A stretch of 64,000 nt of DNA from an uncultured Vicinamibacterales bacterium (GCA_964481395.1 CAYZYG010000002.1:6060-70059); one strand, 5' to 3'; numbered from the stretch's first letter, positions 29,086 to 43,172 are shown. The notes: generated by a model not told the origin, from the sequence alone. Numbers and translations are program-made.

Positions 29086-30055
29086 GCACGCCGCGCACGT
29101 CGTCGAGCGACTCGCAGTAGTACTGGCACAGGGGGCGCGTCCCGCTCGCCGGGATGTTGCCCCCGGCCATTCCAATCGTCGTAAAGCCCGCCAGGCGGAT
29201 GGCGCAGACGCCAGCCCCGCTGTCCTCGATCCCGACCACGTGATGCCTTGCGTCGAACGGGATGCCAAGCCCCACGCGGCACGCCTCGGCATAGAGCCAC
29301 GGATGCGGTTTCGGCGACAGTTCACCGAGCGTGCCCGCCTCGCGGCGCCCGAGCGGAAACCCGGCCGTAATGATGGCGTCGTAGAACTCGCGTGGATCGC
29401 CCATGCCCAGCGTGCGGAACGCGGCCACGAGCTCGGGCCACGCCTTCTCGTGAAGCCCTGACGTCACGACGCCAATCTTCACGCCTCGCGCTTTCAGAGC
29501 GAGCAGGAAGTCCTTCAGCCCCGGCGCCGGTACGAACGCCGAGTCGCGCCCGCGTCCGTCGAGGATCGCCTGCATCTCGCGGTGCGTGTGGCGGAAGTAG
29601 TGGTGCCGCGCTTCCTCTACCGTGCGGTCGGGGCAATACTTGCGGATGCAGTACTCCAGGTGCTCCGACACGCTGAACCCGGAGACGAACGGCAGGTCGT
29701 CCTCGGCCAGCGAAAAGGACGGATCGCCGAGGAGGCTGGCCGTGGCCTGTTCGATCATCCAGACCCAGAACGGCTCGCTGCGGACGGTCGTACCGTCCAG
29801 ATCCATCAGTACGGCGCGCACCGGCGCGTCGAGGCGTACCGGGTACACGGGATAGTAGGCGGGGTAGCCCAGGCCCGACGTGACCAGGGCTAGTGCGTGA
29901 TCGGCGAAGACGACGAACTCGACGCGGCGATCCGCAGCCGTCAGGATGCGCTCCACCCCGTCGCGTCCCTGGTGGAACCGACCATCGCTCGTGCCGTCGA
30001 GTGAGACGAGGCCGTGGTCCTCGGGAAGAGGGCCGAGTCCTGGCAGCAGGGTCAC
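29048..30055 (-). CDS. HAD-superfamily hydrolase with about 80-aa N-terminal extension
   Basis: LMDLDGTTV (DxDxT) and VTSGLHEK...GIEDSGAG. The GTG start overlaps the lutC stop (GTGA). The 3' end overlaps the S9 peptidase 3' end by 38 nt. Confidence 0.75.
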   Translation of the reverse strand: MTLLPGLGPLPEDHGLVSLDGTSDGRFHQGRDGVERILTAADRRVEFVVFADHALALVTSGLGYPAYYPVYPVRLDAPVRAVLMDLDGTTVRSEPFWVWMIEQATASLLGDPSFSLAEDDLPFVSGFSVSEHLEYCIRKYCPDRTVEEARHHYFRHTHREMQAILDGRGRDSAFVPAPGLKDFLLALKARGVKIGVVTSGLHEKAWPELVAAFRTLGMGDPREFYDAIITAGFPLGRREAGTLGELSPKPHPWLYAEACRVGLGIPFDARHHVVGIEDSGAGVCAIRLAGFTTIGMAGGNIPASGTRPLCQYYCESLDDVRGVLTSSLPASASLP

Positions 30056-30810
30056 GCGAGTTTCTCCGTCAGCAGCACGACGTGCAGGTGTTTCGGGCCG
30101 TGCACGCCGTGCGTCAAGGTCATCTCGATGTCGGCGGTCCGGCTCGGCCCCGTAATGAGCACGACGTTGCTGCTCTCCATCACCAGCGCCGGGTGGACCG
30201 CGAGCACGGTTGCGAGGTCCGGCTGGAGATCCCGGCTCCGCAGGACCGCGACGTGGACCGGCGGCAGCAGCGACGGGAGCCGTCCGCGCCCCGGCCCGCT
30301 CGCCAGGACGAGCGTCCCGCTCGCCGCGATGCCCGCGAGCGCGCCGGTCAGGCCGACACCGACCCGATCGAGGCCTGCCAGCACGGCTGCGCGCCCGTCC
30401 GCGTCGAGTGGCACATCATACGTCACCCGGCGAAGACCCCGCGCCACGAGCGAGTCGATCAGTCCCGGGCAGGGGAGTTGCGCGTCGTCCCAGCTGATGA
30501 AGTCGGTGGCGGCGTAGCGTTCGAGGATGGAGGCAACGGTGGCGGCGGCCTCGTCCGCGTCTCCGACATCGTGCACGTGCCCGCCCAGGGCCGTCAGCGC
30601 CGCGACGAAGGCATCGCGCAGCGCGACCCGATCATCACTCCGGGGGTGATGATCATGGCGGGCATCGTCGGCCCCGGGCTGTCCCAACCCGGGTCGCTGT
30701 TCAGCGCTGGACCGAATCCCGAATCCCGAATCGCGACTCCCGACCACCGCGGGCCCCTTCGTCAGCCCGTCCTTGATTGCCGAGAGAATGCGATCGCGCG
30801 CTTCGCTCAT
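30052..30810 (-). CDS. lutC: LutC/YkgG-family lactate utilisation protein C
   Basis: ORF trimmed to ATG 30810, which forms an ATGA overlap with the lutB stop. C-terminal LGVGLTGALAGIAASGTLVL...VHVAVL...GPSRTADIE pattern of the LUD domain. Confidence 0.8.
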   Translation of the reverse strand: MSEARDRILSAIKDGLTKGPAVVGSRDSGFGIRSSAEQRPGLGQPGADDARHDHHPRSDDRVALRDAFVAALTALGGHVHDVGDADEAAATVASILERYAATDFISWDDAQLPCPGLIDSLVARGLRRVTYDVPLDADGRAAVLAGLDRVGVGLTGALAGIAASGTLVLASGPGRGRLPSLLPPVHVAVLRSRDLQPDLATVLAVHPALVMESSNVVLITGPSRTADIEMTLTHGVHGPKHLHVVLLTEKLA

Positions 30811-32273
30811 GGCGACTCCCGGTCGCGCGCGGCGCGCCTGCGCCTCGCATCGAGAAACGACTCGGCCGCGGGTGCAGGGAAGTCGCGGGTGTCGGTCCAC
30901 GCGCGCAGCGGGCCGGGCAGCCTCGGTATCCACCCGTCGCGTCCGGCGGCGGCACCCAGCGCGGCGGCCAGCCGGCCGGCCAGATGGAACAGGCGCGGGC
31001 GCGTCGCGAGGAACGCGTACGCCCGAACCCCGGCGCGAATCCAGCGCGGCATGAAGCCCGCTGCCGCAGCCTGCTGTCGGACCTTGACGAGCAGGCCCGG
31101 CAGATCGATCTTCACCGGGCATGCGTCGCGGCAGGCTCCGCAGAGGCTGCTGGCCTGCGCGAGTTCCGCCGACGTCGCCAGTCCCATGAGGCCTGGCGTC
31201 ACGACCGATCCCATCGGCCCCGGGTACACGCTGGCGTACGCGTGGCCGCCCACTCGCTGGTAGACGGGGCACACGTTCAGGCAGGCGCCGCACCTGATGC
31301 AGTAGAGGATCTCGGCGAGATCCGAGCGGAGGATGCGGCTGCGGCCGTTGTCGATGATGACAACGTGCAGCTCGTCGGGGCCGTCGATCTCGCCAGGGTC
31401 GCCAGCGGCATGGCTGCGGCGCGGACCGGTCAGCCATGACGTGTAGACCGAGAGCGCCTGTCCCGTCGCGCTGCGGGCCAGCACCTGCAGGCAGGCCTCG
31501 AGATCCGCGACGGTCGCCACGACGCGCTCGAGACCGAGCAGCGCCACGTGCACGCGCGGCGCCGTCGTCGTCAGCCGGCCGTTGCCTTCGTTGGTCACGA
31601 GACAGATGGTTCCCGTTTCGGCGACAGCGAAGTTCGCACCGCTGATGCCCATGCCCGCCTGGAGGAACTCCGCACGCAGGCGCCGGCGCGCGAACGCGGT
31701 CATCGCCGGGATGTCGGCGACGTCCGCAGGCGGCGCTCCGAGCCGCTGGCGGAACAGCGTCGCGACATCGTCCCGGCCGAGATGGATGATCGGCGTGATG
31801 ATGTGCGAGGGCTGATCGCCCGCGATCTGGACCACCCACTCGCCCAGATCCGTTTCGACGACGCGGATGCCCGCGGCGCCGAGCGCCTGGTTGAGACCGA
31901 TCTCCTCGCTGACCATCGACTTCGACTTGACCGCGCTCCGGATGCCGCGTTCGCAGGCGATCTGCGTGACGATCCGGGTGGCGTCCCCCGCCGTCTCCGC
32001 CCAGTGCACCGTGCAGCCGCGGGCCTCGGCCGCCGTGGCGAACTGCCAGAGATGGACGTCGAGGCCTTCGATGGCACGAGCCCGCGCGGCCCGGGCGCGG
32101 TCGCGGAGCGCGTCCGCAGCGCCTGCCGCCTCGAACGCCGCGGTCCGGCCTCCGCTGAGACGCGCGGTCGTGGACCCCAGCGCGCGGCGGAGCCGTCCGT
32201 CGGCCAGCGATTCTTCGACACGGGCGTGGAACCGCGTGGCGCCGGCCCGGTACTCCAGAGGCCCGCTATCCAT
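30807..32273 (-). CDS. lutB: LutB/YkgF-family iron-sulfur lactate utilisation protein B
   Basis: CIRCGACLNVCPVY and CGACRDACPVKIDLP ferredoxin motifs plus a LUD domain. Confidence 0.9.
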   Translation of the reverse strand: MDSGPLEYRAGATRFHARVEESLADGRLRRALGSTTARLSGGRTAAFEAAGAADALRDRARAARARAIEGLDVHLWQFATAAEARGCTVHWAETAGDATRIVTQIACERGIRSAVKSKSMVSEEIGLNQALGAAGIRVVETDLGEWVVQIAGDQPSHIITPIIHLGRDDVATLFRQRLGAPPADVADIPAMTAFARRRLRAEFLQAGMGISGANFAVAETGTICLVTNEGNGRLTTTAPRVHVALLGLERVVATVADLEACLQVLARSATGQALSVYTSWLTGPRRSHAAGDPGEIDGPDELHVVIIDNGRSRILRSDLAEILYCIRCGACLNVCPVYQRVGGHAYASVYPGPMGSVVTPGLMGLATSAELAQASSLCGACRDACPVKIDLPGLLVKVRQQAAAAGFMPRWIRAGVRAYAFLATRPRLFHLAGRLAAALGAAAGRDGWIPRLPGPLRAWTDTRDFPAPAAESFLDARRRRAARDRESP

Positions 32274-33006
32274 CCTGCCCCTCGACGAGGAGTTCGGCGA
32301 CGTGCCGGACCCGCACCCGGCTGCCGCGCCGGCGCAGTCCGCCGCCGATGTGCATCAGACAGCTCACGTCCGTTGCCACGACGGTGTCAGCGCGGCTCGA
32401 TTCGATCGCGGTGATCTTGGCCTGCAGCATGTCCCCGGAGAGATGCGCCATCTTGACGGCGAACAGTCCGCCGAAGCCGCAGCATGCCTCCCCGTCCGGT
32501 AGGTCCGTCACCGCGGCGCCGGCGACGGAGGCCAGCAGCCGTCTCGGCTGTTCGCGGAGTCCGAGTCCTCGCAGGCCGTGGCACGAAGCGTGGTACGCGA
32601 CCCTCCCGCCCGTGTGTGCGCCGGTGGCCGAGACGCCGAGGACATCGGTCAGGAACTGGCACAGTTCGTACGTGCGACCGGCCAGTTCGCGAGCCCGAGC
32701 GGCGTAGGGGTCTGCCGTGTCGAAGATCTCCGGGAAGTGATTGACGATCATGTCCGCGCACGATCCGGACGGGACGACGATGGGGTGGGGGCTGGCGGAG
32801 AAAACGTCGATGGTATGACGGGCCATCGCGCGGGCCTCGTCGAGGCAGCCGCCGTTGAAGGCGGGCTGGCCGCAGCACGTCTGATCGAGCGGCACGTCGA
32901 CCTGCAGGCCCTGGCGCTCGAGCAGGGTGACGGCCGCCTCGGCCACGTGGGGGCAGAAGCGATCCACGAGGCAGGTGACGAGCAACTGGACGCGCGTCGG
33001 CCTCAT
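32266..33006 (-). CDS. lutA: LutA/YkgE-family (Fe-S)-binding CCG-domain oxidoreductase
   Basis: ORF trimmed to ATG 33006 (MRPTRVQLLVTCLVD). CCGQPAFNGG and CCGFGGLF CCG motifs. Overlaps the lutB start by 8 nt. Confidence 0.9.
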   Translation of the reverse strand: MRPTRVQLLVTCLVDRFCPHVAEAAVTLLERQGLQVDVPLDQTCCGQPAFNGGCLDEARAMARHTIDVFSASPHPIVVPSGSCADMIVNHFPEIFDTADPYAARARELAGRTYELCQFLTDVLGVSATGAHTGGRVAYHASCHGLRGLGLREQPRRLLASVAGAAVTDLPDGEACCGFGGLFAVKMAHLSGDMLQAKITAIESSRADTVVATDVSCLMHIGGGLRRRGSRVRVRHVAELLVEGQDG

Positions 33007-33125
33007 GGCCACGTGAAGATAGCTGTCGGGACCAGGGGTCCGGGGCCCGGGCCCCGAGTGCCGCTCCGCACCGGAGCTCAGACTCGGCTGTGGTCGGCCT
33101 CCGGTTTCAGTGGGCACGGTCCATC

Positions 33126-37219
<4,094 letters not shown>

Positions 37220-37292
37220 GGGGCCGCGCAGGACGGCCGTTCCCAGAGCGATGGCCGCTCAGAACCGGTCCCCGGTCCCCGATCCCCGGTCC

Positions 37293-38297
37293 CTACTGAA
37301 TTCGCAGCACGATCTTCCCGAACTGATCCGCGTGGTCCATCCGTTCGTGCGAGGCGGGCGCGTCGGCCAGAGGAAAGACCCGATCGATCACGGGCTTCAG
37401 TCCCCCGCCGAACAGCCGCACCATCGCCTGGAACTCTGCCGGCGTGCCCATGGTCGTGCCGAGCACCGAGAGCTGCTTCCAGAAGATGCGCCGCACTTCG
37501 ACCGTGGTGGGCGACCCGGTCGTGGCACCGAAGTTGACCAGTCGTCCGCCCGGCTTGAGGACCTCGATGAGCACCGGCCACGCGTCGCGCCCGGCGCTGT
37601 CGATGACCACGTCGGGGCCGTCCGGACACAGGGCCGTCAGCGCCTTGCCCCAGCCCTCGGACCGGTAGTTGACCCCCCCCACGGCGCCCATCTGCACGGC
37701 GCGTTCGATCTTCCGATCGCTGCCGGACGTGACGAACACGCGGGCGCCGAGGTGCTGTGCGAACAGCATGGCCAGCGTAGCCACGCCGCCGCCGATGCCC
37801 GTGACGAGCACCGTTTCGCCTAACTGTACCCGGGCGCGCGTGACGACCGCGCGGTACGCGGTCAGCCCTCCCAACGGAATGGCGGCGGCCTCTTCCCAGG
37901 TGAGGGGGATCGGCTTCGGGGCCACGTTGGTGGCCGGGACCGCAACCATCTCCGCGTACGTGCCGTTGTCCGGCAGACCGAGGATCCGGTAACGCGCTCC
38001 CTGCGCCCGATCGTCGTCTCCCCATTCGAGGCTGGGGTTGATGACGACATCCGTTCCCTGGAGAGCTGGGTGGACCCCGTCGCCCACCTGCTCGACCACG
38101 CCGGCCCCGTCGGAGCCGAGAATGATCGGGAGCCTGATCCCGGCGTAGAGCCCGTGACGGATCCACGCGTCGCGGTGGTTCAGGGCCGCCGCCTTCAGGC
38201 GCACGACCACTTCACCCGGTCCCGGTACGGGATCGGGCACGTCCTGGAGCACCAGCTTCTCAGGGCCTCCCAGTTCGCTCAGCACGACAGCTTTCAT
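37293..38297 (-). CDS. zinc-type alcohol dehydrogenase / NADPH:quinone oxidoreductase (MDR family)
   Basis: ORF trimmed to ATG 38297 (MKAVVLSELGGPEKL). GEVVVRLKAAALNHRD and VLVTGIGGGVATLA Rossmann motif. Confidence 0.85.
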   Translation of the reverse strand: MKAVVLSELGGPEKLVLQDVPDPVPGPGEVVVRLKAAALNHRDAWIRHGLYAGIRLPIILGSDGAGVVEQVGDGVHPALQGTDVVINPSLEWGDDDRAQGARYRILGLPDNGTYAEMVAVPATNVAPKPIPLTWEEAAAIPLGGLTAYRAVVTRARVQLGETVLVTGIGGGVATLAMLFAQHLGARVFVTSGSDRKIERAVQMGAVGGVNYRSEGWGKALTALCPDGPDVVIDSAGRDAWPVLIEVLKPGGRLVNFGATTGSPTTVEVRRIFWKQLSVLGTTMGTPAEFQAMVRLFGGGLKPVIDRVFPLADAPASHERMDHADQFGKIVLRIQ

Positions 38298-38353
38298 GAC
38301 AGGTGCTCCAAGGGGCGGTGGTGCGTTCCGCACGCGCGGGGTGACGCGTCCGC

Positions 38354-39343
38354 TTACAGCAGGGCGAAGTCCGGATCCTGCGTGTCGTCCCCGCGGCGGG
38401 TAAACCCCGCCGCGTCCTTTTTGTAGAAGGCCGCCTCGGCTTCGTACGACGCCGTCAGCCCTTCGAGGCGCGCCATGTCCGCCGCCGGCATCGGCGTGAA
38501 GTCCCGCGCGATGGCCACGTTCTCCTCGAGTTGCGCGACCGTGTCGCAGCCCACGATCACCGTGCTCACCGGGAGCGTCATGACGTAGCGCATCGCGTCC
38601 TTCATGGCCGTGACGCCGCCCTCGCGGAAGAGACGCCCGCGGGCCGGGATCTTCATGCCGATGACGCCCATCCCCTTCGTGTTGGCGAGGGGCAGCAGCC
38701 CGTCGATGAACGACAGCCGGTGCTTGTCGGCCGGGTTCAGAGCCATGAGCACGGTGTCGAACGCGTACTTCTCGATGGCCCTCGCCAGCACGGCCGGATC
38801 GAAGTGGCCGGTGATGCCGATGTAGCGGATCATCTTCTGGTCGCGCGCCTGGAGCATGGCCTCGAGCGCCCCGCCCTTGCCGAGGATCTGATCGACCTCT
38901 TCGTCGCGCATGACGTTGTGGTTCTGCCAGAGATCCACACGATCCGTCTGGAGGCTCTTCAGGCTCTGTTCGAGATCCCGCAGCGCGCCGTCCCGATCGC
39001 GGCTGCGCGTCTTCGTCGCGAGGAACACTTCCTTGCGGCGGGTGGCCATGACTTCGCCGATGTAGGTCTGGCTGATCCCGCGGCCGTACGCTGCAGCCGT
39101 GTCGATGTAATTGACGCCGAGGTCGATGGCGCGGTTGATGATGGCGACCGACACGTCGCGCGTGTCGGGTTTCTCGAGCGTGGCCTGCCCGCCGAGGCTG
39201 AAGAGGCGGACCTGGTGACCGGTCCGGCCGAAGGGCCGTTCGGGCATCGGAGCGGCCGAACCGAGGGGTGGCGCCACCGCGAGCGCGGCTGCGCCAGCAA
39301 CGCCGATCTTCACGAATTCACGCCGGGTCACGTCTGGGGCCAT
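38354..39343 (-). CDS. aldo/keto reductase with Tat signal
   Basis: ORF trimmed to ATG 39343 (MAPDVTRREFVKIGVAGAAALAV). GVNYIDTAAAYG, LATK and DLWQNHN. Confidence 0.85.
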   Translation of the reverse strand: MAPDVTRREFVKIGVAGAAALAVAPPLGSAAPMPERPFGRTGHQVRLFSLGGQATLEKPDTRDVSVAIINRAIDLGVNYIDTAAAYGRGISQTYIGEVMATRRKEVFLATKTRSRDRDGALRDLEQSLKSLQTDRVDLWQNHNVMRDEEVDQILGKGGALEAMLQARDQKMIRYIGITGHFDPAVLARAIEKYAFDTVLMALNPADKHRLSFIDGLLPLANTKGMGVIGMKIPARGRLFREGGVTAMKDAMRYVMTLPVSTVIVGCDTVAQLEENVAIARDFTPMPAADMARLEGLTASYEAEAAFYKKDAAGFTRRGDDTQDPDFALL

Positions 39344-39523
39344 GTCTGTCGTCCTCCTGCAGGATGAGTCGGGCAGTCCGGCCACGGTACACCGGGAGCG
39401 ACGCAAAAGCCAAGCGGAGCCTCCGTGTCCCGCGGCTGCCTGTCGGACAACGCCGCCGGTGCCCGTCTCCACAGCCGATCCCAGGTCCCCGATCCCCGAT
39501 CCCTGGTCCCCGGTCCCCGCTTG

Positions 39524-39552
39524 TTGACAAACCCGCCCGAACAGGGTTACCT
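39524..39552 (+). promoter_or_regulatory. weak candidate sigma-70 promoter for the acyl-CoA dehydrogenase-like gene
   Basis: TTGACA (39524-39529), N17, TTACCT. It immediately follows a C-rich heptad array and lies about 57 nt before ATG 39609. The -10 element is poor. Confidence 0.25.
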
Positions 39553-39608
39553 GAGAACTTCCGCGCCGCGCCGGTGCGCGGATTCCCAGGGACGAAAGGA
39601 CTGCCCGC

Positions 39609-41810
39609 ATGAGTGCCGGATCCCCAGCCACGCCGGGCCCGCAGTTCGCGCTGCCGGACGATGCCACGCGTCAGGTCCTGTGGCGCTTCGGGGACCGCCC
39701 GGAGTTGCTCGCGCTGGTGCAGGCCGCCAGGCGAGTGGCCCGCGGCCCGGTCGCGCGGCTCGTGCAACAGGGCGATCGGGTCATCCAGACGTGGACGCCC
39801 GGGAAGCAGGCGTTGCTGGACGAGTTCGATCGGGCCGGCCTCAGCAGCGTGAACCTGGACGGCGCCGCCGCCGCCAACGTGAGCATCGCGCTGGCTGCGT
39901 TCGAACTGGCGTGGGTGGACGCCGGAGCCGCGACGTCGTATCTCGCCGGCATCCTGGCCCTGCTGCCGGTTGCCGAGCACGGAACGCCGGACCAGCGTGC
40001 CGCGTACCTCGGCACGCAGCCGCCGCGCCGCGGGGCGTTCGCGCTGACCGAGCCCATTCCCTACGCGGGCGTCGAGACGGGTCTGCTCGGCGGCAAGGTT
40101 CGCGTCGCCGACTGGGCTCCCGGACAGGAACCGATCCTCCAGATCGACAAGCGAGGCCGGTTCATCACGGGGATGGACGCTGCCGACTTCGTGGCGGCCG
40201 TCGTGGATTCGGCGGATGACCGGATCAAAGGCGGCTGCGTCGTGCTGCTGGAAGCGTCCGACCCGGGGACCTTCGAGCGGGGCAGCGCGGCGCGCAAGCT
40301 GGTCCATCAGCTCTCGTCGACACGCGATCCGATCTTCAGCCTGCGCGTGCCCGCGAGTCGGATCGTCGGCGGCTATTCGATTGCGGACGGAGTCCTCGTC
40401 CCCGCGCGGACGCACGGCGAGGTCATCGAGTCGATCTTCCGCCGGACCAGACCGGTGGTCGGCCTGATGACGGCGGCCAAGCTCCTGTCGGCGGTCGAGC
40501 CGCTCATCCGGTATCACCGCCATCGCTTCCGCGGCGTCGAGTCGGTTGATCCAGGTTCGCCCCGCCACGCGCTCGGCCTGCAGCAGCGCGAAGACGTGCT
40601 GCATCGCGTCGTGGACATCTGGGCCACCGGCGAGGCTGCGGCGGCCCTCGGCTTCGAGGCGGCGCGACTGTTCGACCGACTTGCGCCGCTCGCCCGGCGC
40701 AAGACGGCCGTACTGGCGCAACAGGGTGCCGGCCGCGGCCGGGCCGAGGCGCGCGCCCTGTCCGGGGCCACGGCGAGCGCGCTCGAGTACCTGCGCGAAG
40801 CGTCCCGTCCCGCCGATCGTCGCAACCAGGTCAGACTGAAGGTTCTCGCCCAGGATCCGCTGGTCGAGTTCGTCCTCCTCGACGCTGTCGCCGATGTCGT
40901 CGGTCCGGCGGCGAAGCTCTGGAACACGGGGCACGGCGCCGACGTGATGCGCGAAGCGGTCAGCCTGATGGGCGGGTTCGGCGTTACGGACGACTGCCCG
41001 GGGTTCCTCGGCTACAAGTGGATGGACGCGCAACTCGAGGCCACCTACGAGGGGCCTGAGGCCGTCCACCGCGCCCAGTTGTCGACGACGATGACCTCGG
41101 ATCTGTTCCTGGCCCAGTTCCGCAACTGGGTCGCCGACATGCGGGCCATCGCGTCAGACCGCCCGGGCACCGGGGCCTGCACCTTGGCGTCGGCGATGCA
41201 GCTATGGTTCTGGACGCTGCAGTACCTACAGCGGGCCACGGATGCGGACGGCCGGAAGCTCTATCAGGGATCCCGCCAGGCGGTGAGTTTCGCGCTGGCG
41301 GATGCGCTGGCGTGGCTGCTTGCGTCCCGCCAGCAGACGCTCGATGTCCTCGAACTCGAGCGGGCGGTCGGAGCGGACGCGTCCCGGGAGGCCGGACACG
41401 GTCTGCTCGTTCCGATGCTGATGGACCTGTGTCACGTGCAGTCCGCCCGGGCGTCCAGCGAAGTCGGCCGCATCTGCACCGATCTCGTCTTCGGCTACCG
41501 CCGGCATCCGGCCTGGGACGACGCGGGGTGCGCGTCGTGCTACGTGGCCGACGAGTTGGACGCGATGGAGGAGGTGGTTCCGGGCATCGGTGCGACCGCC
41601 CGGTTCTACAGCGATGTCTTCGAGGCGGACGGAACGCACCCGGCCAAGGCGGGACCATGCGCGCGCACCGACGGCCTGGAGCCGTTCCTGCGTATGCGCG
41701 GCAAGCTCGATGGTTGCCTGACCGGGTCGCGCCTGGCGAAGGACCGCGCGGCGGAGGCGCTGACGCGAATCGCGATCCCGGATCAGGAGATAGCAGACAG
41801 TAGACAGTAG
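39609..41810 (+). CDS. acyl-CoA dehydrogenase family protein, long form with C-terminal extension
   Basis: FALTEPIPYAGVE and TYEGPEAVHRAQL resemble the ACAD xLTEPxxGSD and YEGTxEIQ motifs. At 733 aa the substrate is unknown. The last 8 codons lie in a heptad array. Confidence 0.65.
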   Translation: MSAGSPATPGPQFALPDDATRQVLWRFGDRPELLALVQAARRVARGPVARLVQQGDRVIQTWTPGKQALLDEFDRAGLSSVNLDGAAAANVSIALAAFELAWVDAGAATSYLAGILALLPVAEHGTPDQRAAYLGTQPPRRGAFALTEPIPYAGVETGLLGGKVRVADWAPGQEPILQIDKRGRFITGMDAADFVAAVVDSADDRIKGGCVVLLEASDPGTFERGSAARKLVHQLSSTRDPIFSLRVPASRIVGGYSIADGVLVPARTHGEVIESIFRRTRPVVGLMTAAKLLSAVEPLIRYHRHRFRGVESVDPGSPRHALGLQQREDVLHRVVDIWATGEAAAALGFEAARLFDRLAPLARRKTAVLAQQGAGRGRAEARALSGATASALEYLREASRPADRRNQVRLKVLAQDPLVEFVLLDAVADVVGPAAKLWNTGHGADVMREAVSLMGGFGVTDDCPGFLGYKWMDAQLEATYEGPEAVHRAQLSTTMTSDLFLAQFRNWVADMRAIASDRPGTGACTLASAMQLWFWTLQYLQRATDADGRKLYQGSRQAVSFALADALAWLLASRQQTLDVLELERAVGADASREAGHGLLVPMLMDLCHVQSARASSEVGRICTDLVFGYRRHPAWDDAGCASCYVADELDAMEEVVPGIGATARFYSDVFEADGTHPAKAGPCARTDGLEPFLRMRGKLDGCLTGSRLAKDRAAEALTRIAIPDQEIADSRQ

Positions 41811-41996
41811 ACAGTAGAACCAACCAGGGCGGTCATGTCATCCCTCGTGCCAGAAACCCGTCATCGGATCAGGTGGACGCCGGGCCGTTTGGGGACCCTC
41901 AGCGCCGGGCTCTGAGCCACTCCGCTTGCTGATCGATCCCGCCTCATGGCGGGGGTGCTGCGTGTGGTCAGGGTTGGTGTGTCATCAGGGGGCATC

Positions 41997-43172
41997 ATGT
42001 CGTTTACCTATGTGATCGTTGGAGCGGGCCGGCAGGGCGTGGCAGCGGCGTACGACCTCGTCGTGCACGGTGAGGCCGCGCGCGTTCTGTTCGTGGATAT
42101 CAACGGGGAGGCCGCGCGAGAGGCCGCGGCGACGATCGACCGGTTGACGGGCAGGACGGTGGCTGAGGGACGGAGCGGCGACGCGAGCGACGCCGCGGTG
42201 ATGGCCGACATGCTGTCGGGCGCCGACGCCGTGGTCAGCGCCGCCCACTATGCCGTCAATCTGGGGCTCACCCGCGTCGCCGCCGAGGCCGGCGTCCACC
42301 TGTGCGACCTCGGCGGCAACACCGACGTCGTCCGGGCCCAGCACGAGTTCGATGCGGCCGCCCGCGCGACGGGCGTGTCGATCGTGCCGGATTGCGGCAT
42401 GGGCCCAGGACTGAACGTCTCGCTCGCCGCGTACGCCATGAGCAGGCTCGACACACCCCGCGAGGTGCGCATCTGGGACGGCGGCCTGCCGCAGAGCCCC
42501 GAACCTCCCTGGAACTACCGATCGACCTTCGCCATGAGCGGGCTCACGAACGAGTACGACGGCGTGGCGCACTTCCTGCGGGACGGGCGGGTCACCGACG
42601 TGCCGTGCTTCGCCGATCTCGAGGAGCTCGAGTTCGCATCGCCGATCGGCCGCCTCGAGGCGTTCGTGACCTCGGGGGGCCTGTCGACCGCGCCGTGGAC
42701 GTGGGTGGGCACGCTGGAGCGTCTCGAGAACAAGACCCTCAGGTTCCCGGGCCACTGCGCGCGCTTCAAGGCCTACGAGGAGCTGGGGCTGCTCGGACTC
42801 GAACCGGTGCAGATCGCCTCGCAGCGCGTGGTGCCGCGGGAGATCTTCCACGCCCTGCTCGAGCCGCGCATCGGGGCCACGGGCGAGATCGTCCGCGACG
42901 TGTGCGTGATGCGCGTCACGGCGACCGGCACGCACAGCGGCCGCCCGGCGTCCTTCACCGTGGAGCTGATCGATCGCTACGACGAGGCGACCGGATTCAC
43001 GGCCATGCAGCGCTTGACCGGATGGCACGCGGCCATCGTGGCCGGCCTGGCCGTCCGGGGCGCGCTGCCTCGCGGAGTCGTGGCCGTCGAACGCGTACCT
43101 GGCGACCTCATCGTCGCTGAGGGCCGGAAGCGCGGATGGGACTTCGTGGAGCGCCTGGACGAGGTGCGGTGA
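41997..43172 (+). CDS. saccharopine dehydrogenase-family NAD(P)-binding oxidoreductase
   Basis: ORF trimmed to ATG 41997, preceded by AGGGGG. YVIVGAGRQGVAAAYDL Rossmann motif. Family-like GGNTDVV...PDCGMGPGL. Confidence 0.78.
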   Translation: MSFTYVIVGAGRQGVAAAYDLVVHGEAARVLFVDINGEAAREAAATIDRLTGRTVAEGRSGDASDAAVMADMLSGADAVVSAAHYAVNLGLTRVAAEAGVHLCDLGGNTDVVRAQHEFDAAARATGVSIVPDCGMGPGLNVSLAAYAMSRLDTPREVRIWDGGLPQSPEPPWNYRSTFAMSGLTNEYDGVAHFLRDGRVTDVPCFADLEELEFASPIGRLEAFVTSGGLSTAPWTWVGTLERLENKTLRFPGHCARFKAYEELGLLGLEPVQIASQRVVPREIFHALLEPRIGATGEIVRDVCVMRVTATGTHSGRPASFTVELIDRYDEATGFTAMQRLTGWHAAIVAGLAVRGALPRGVVAVERVPGDLIVAEGRKRGWDFVERLDEVR

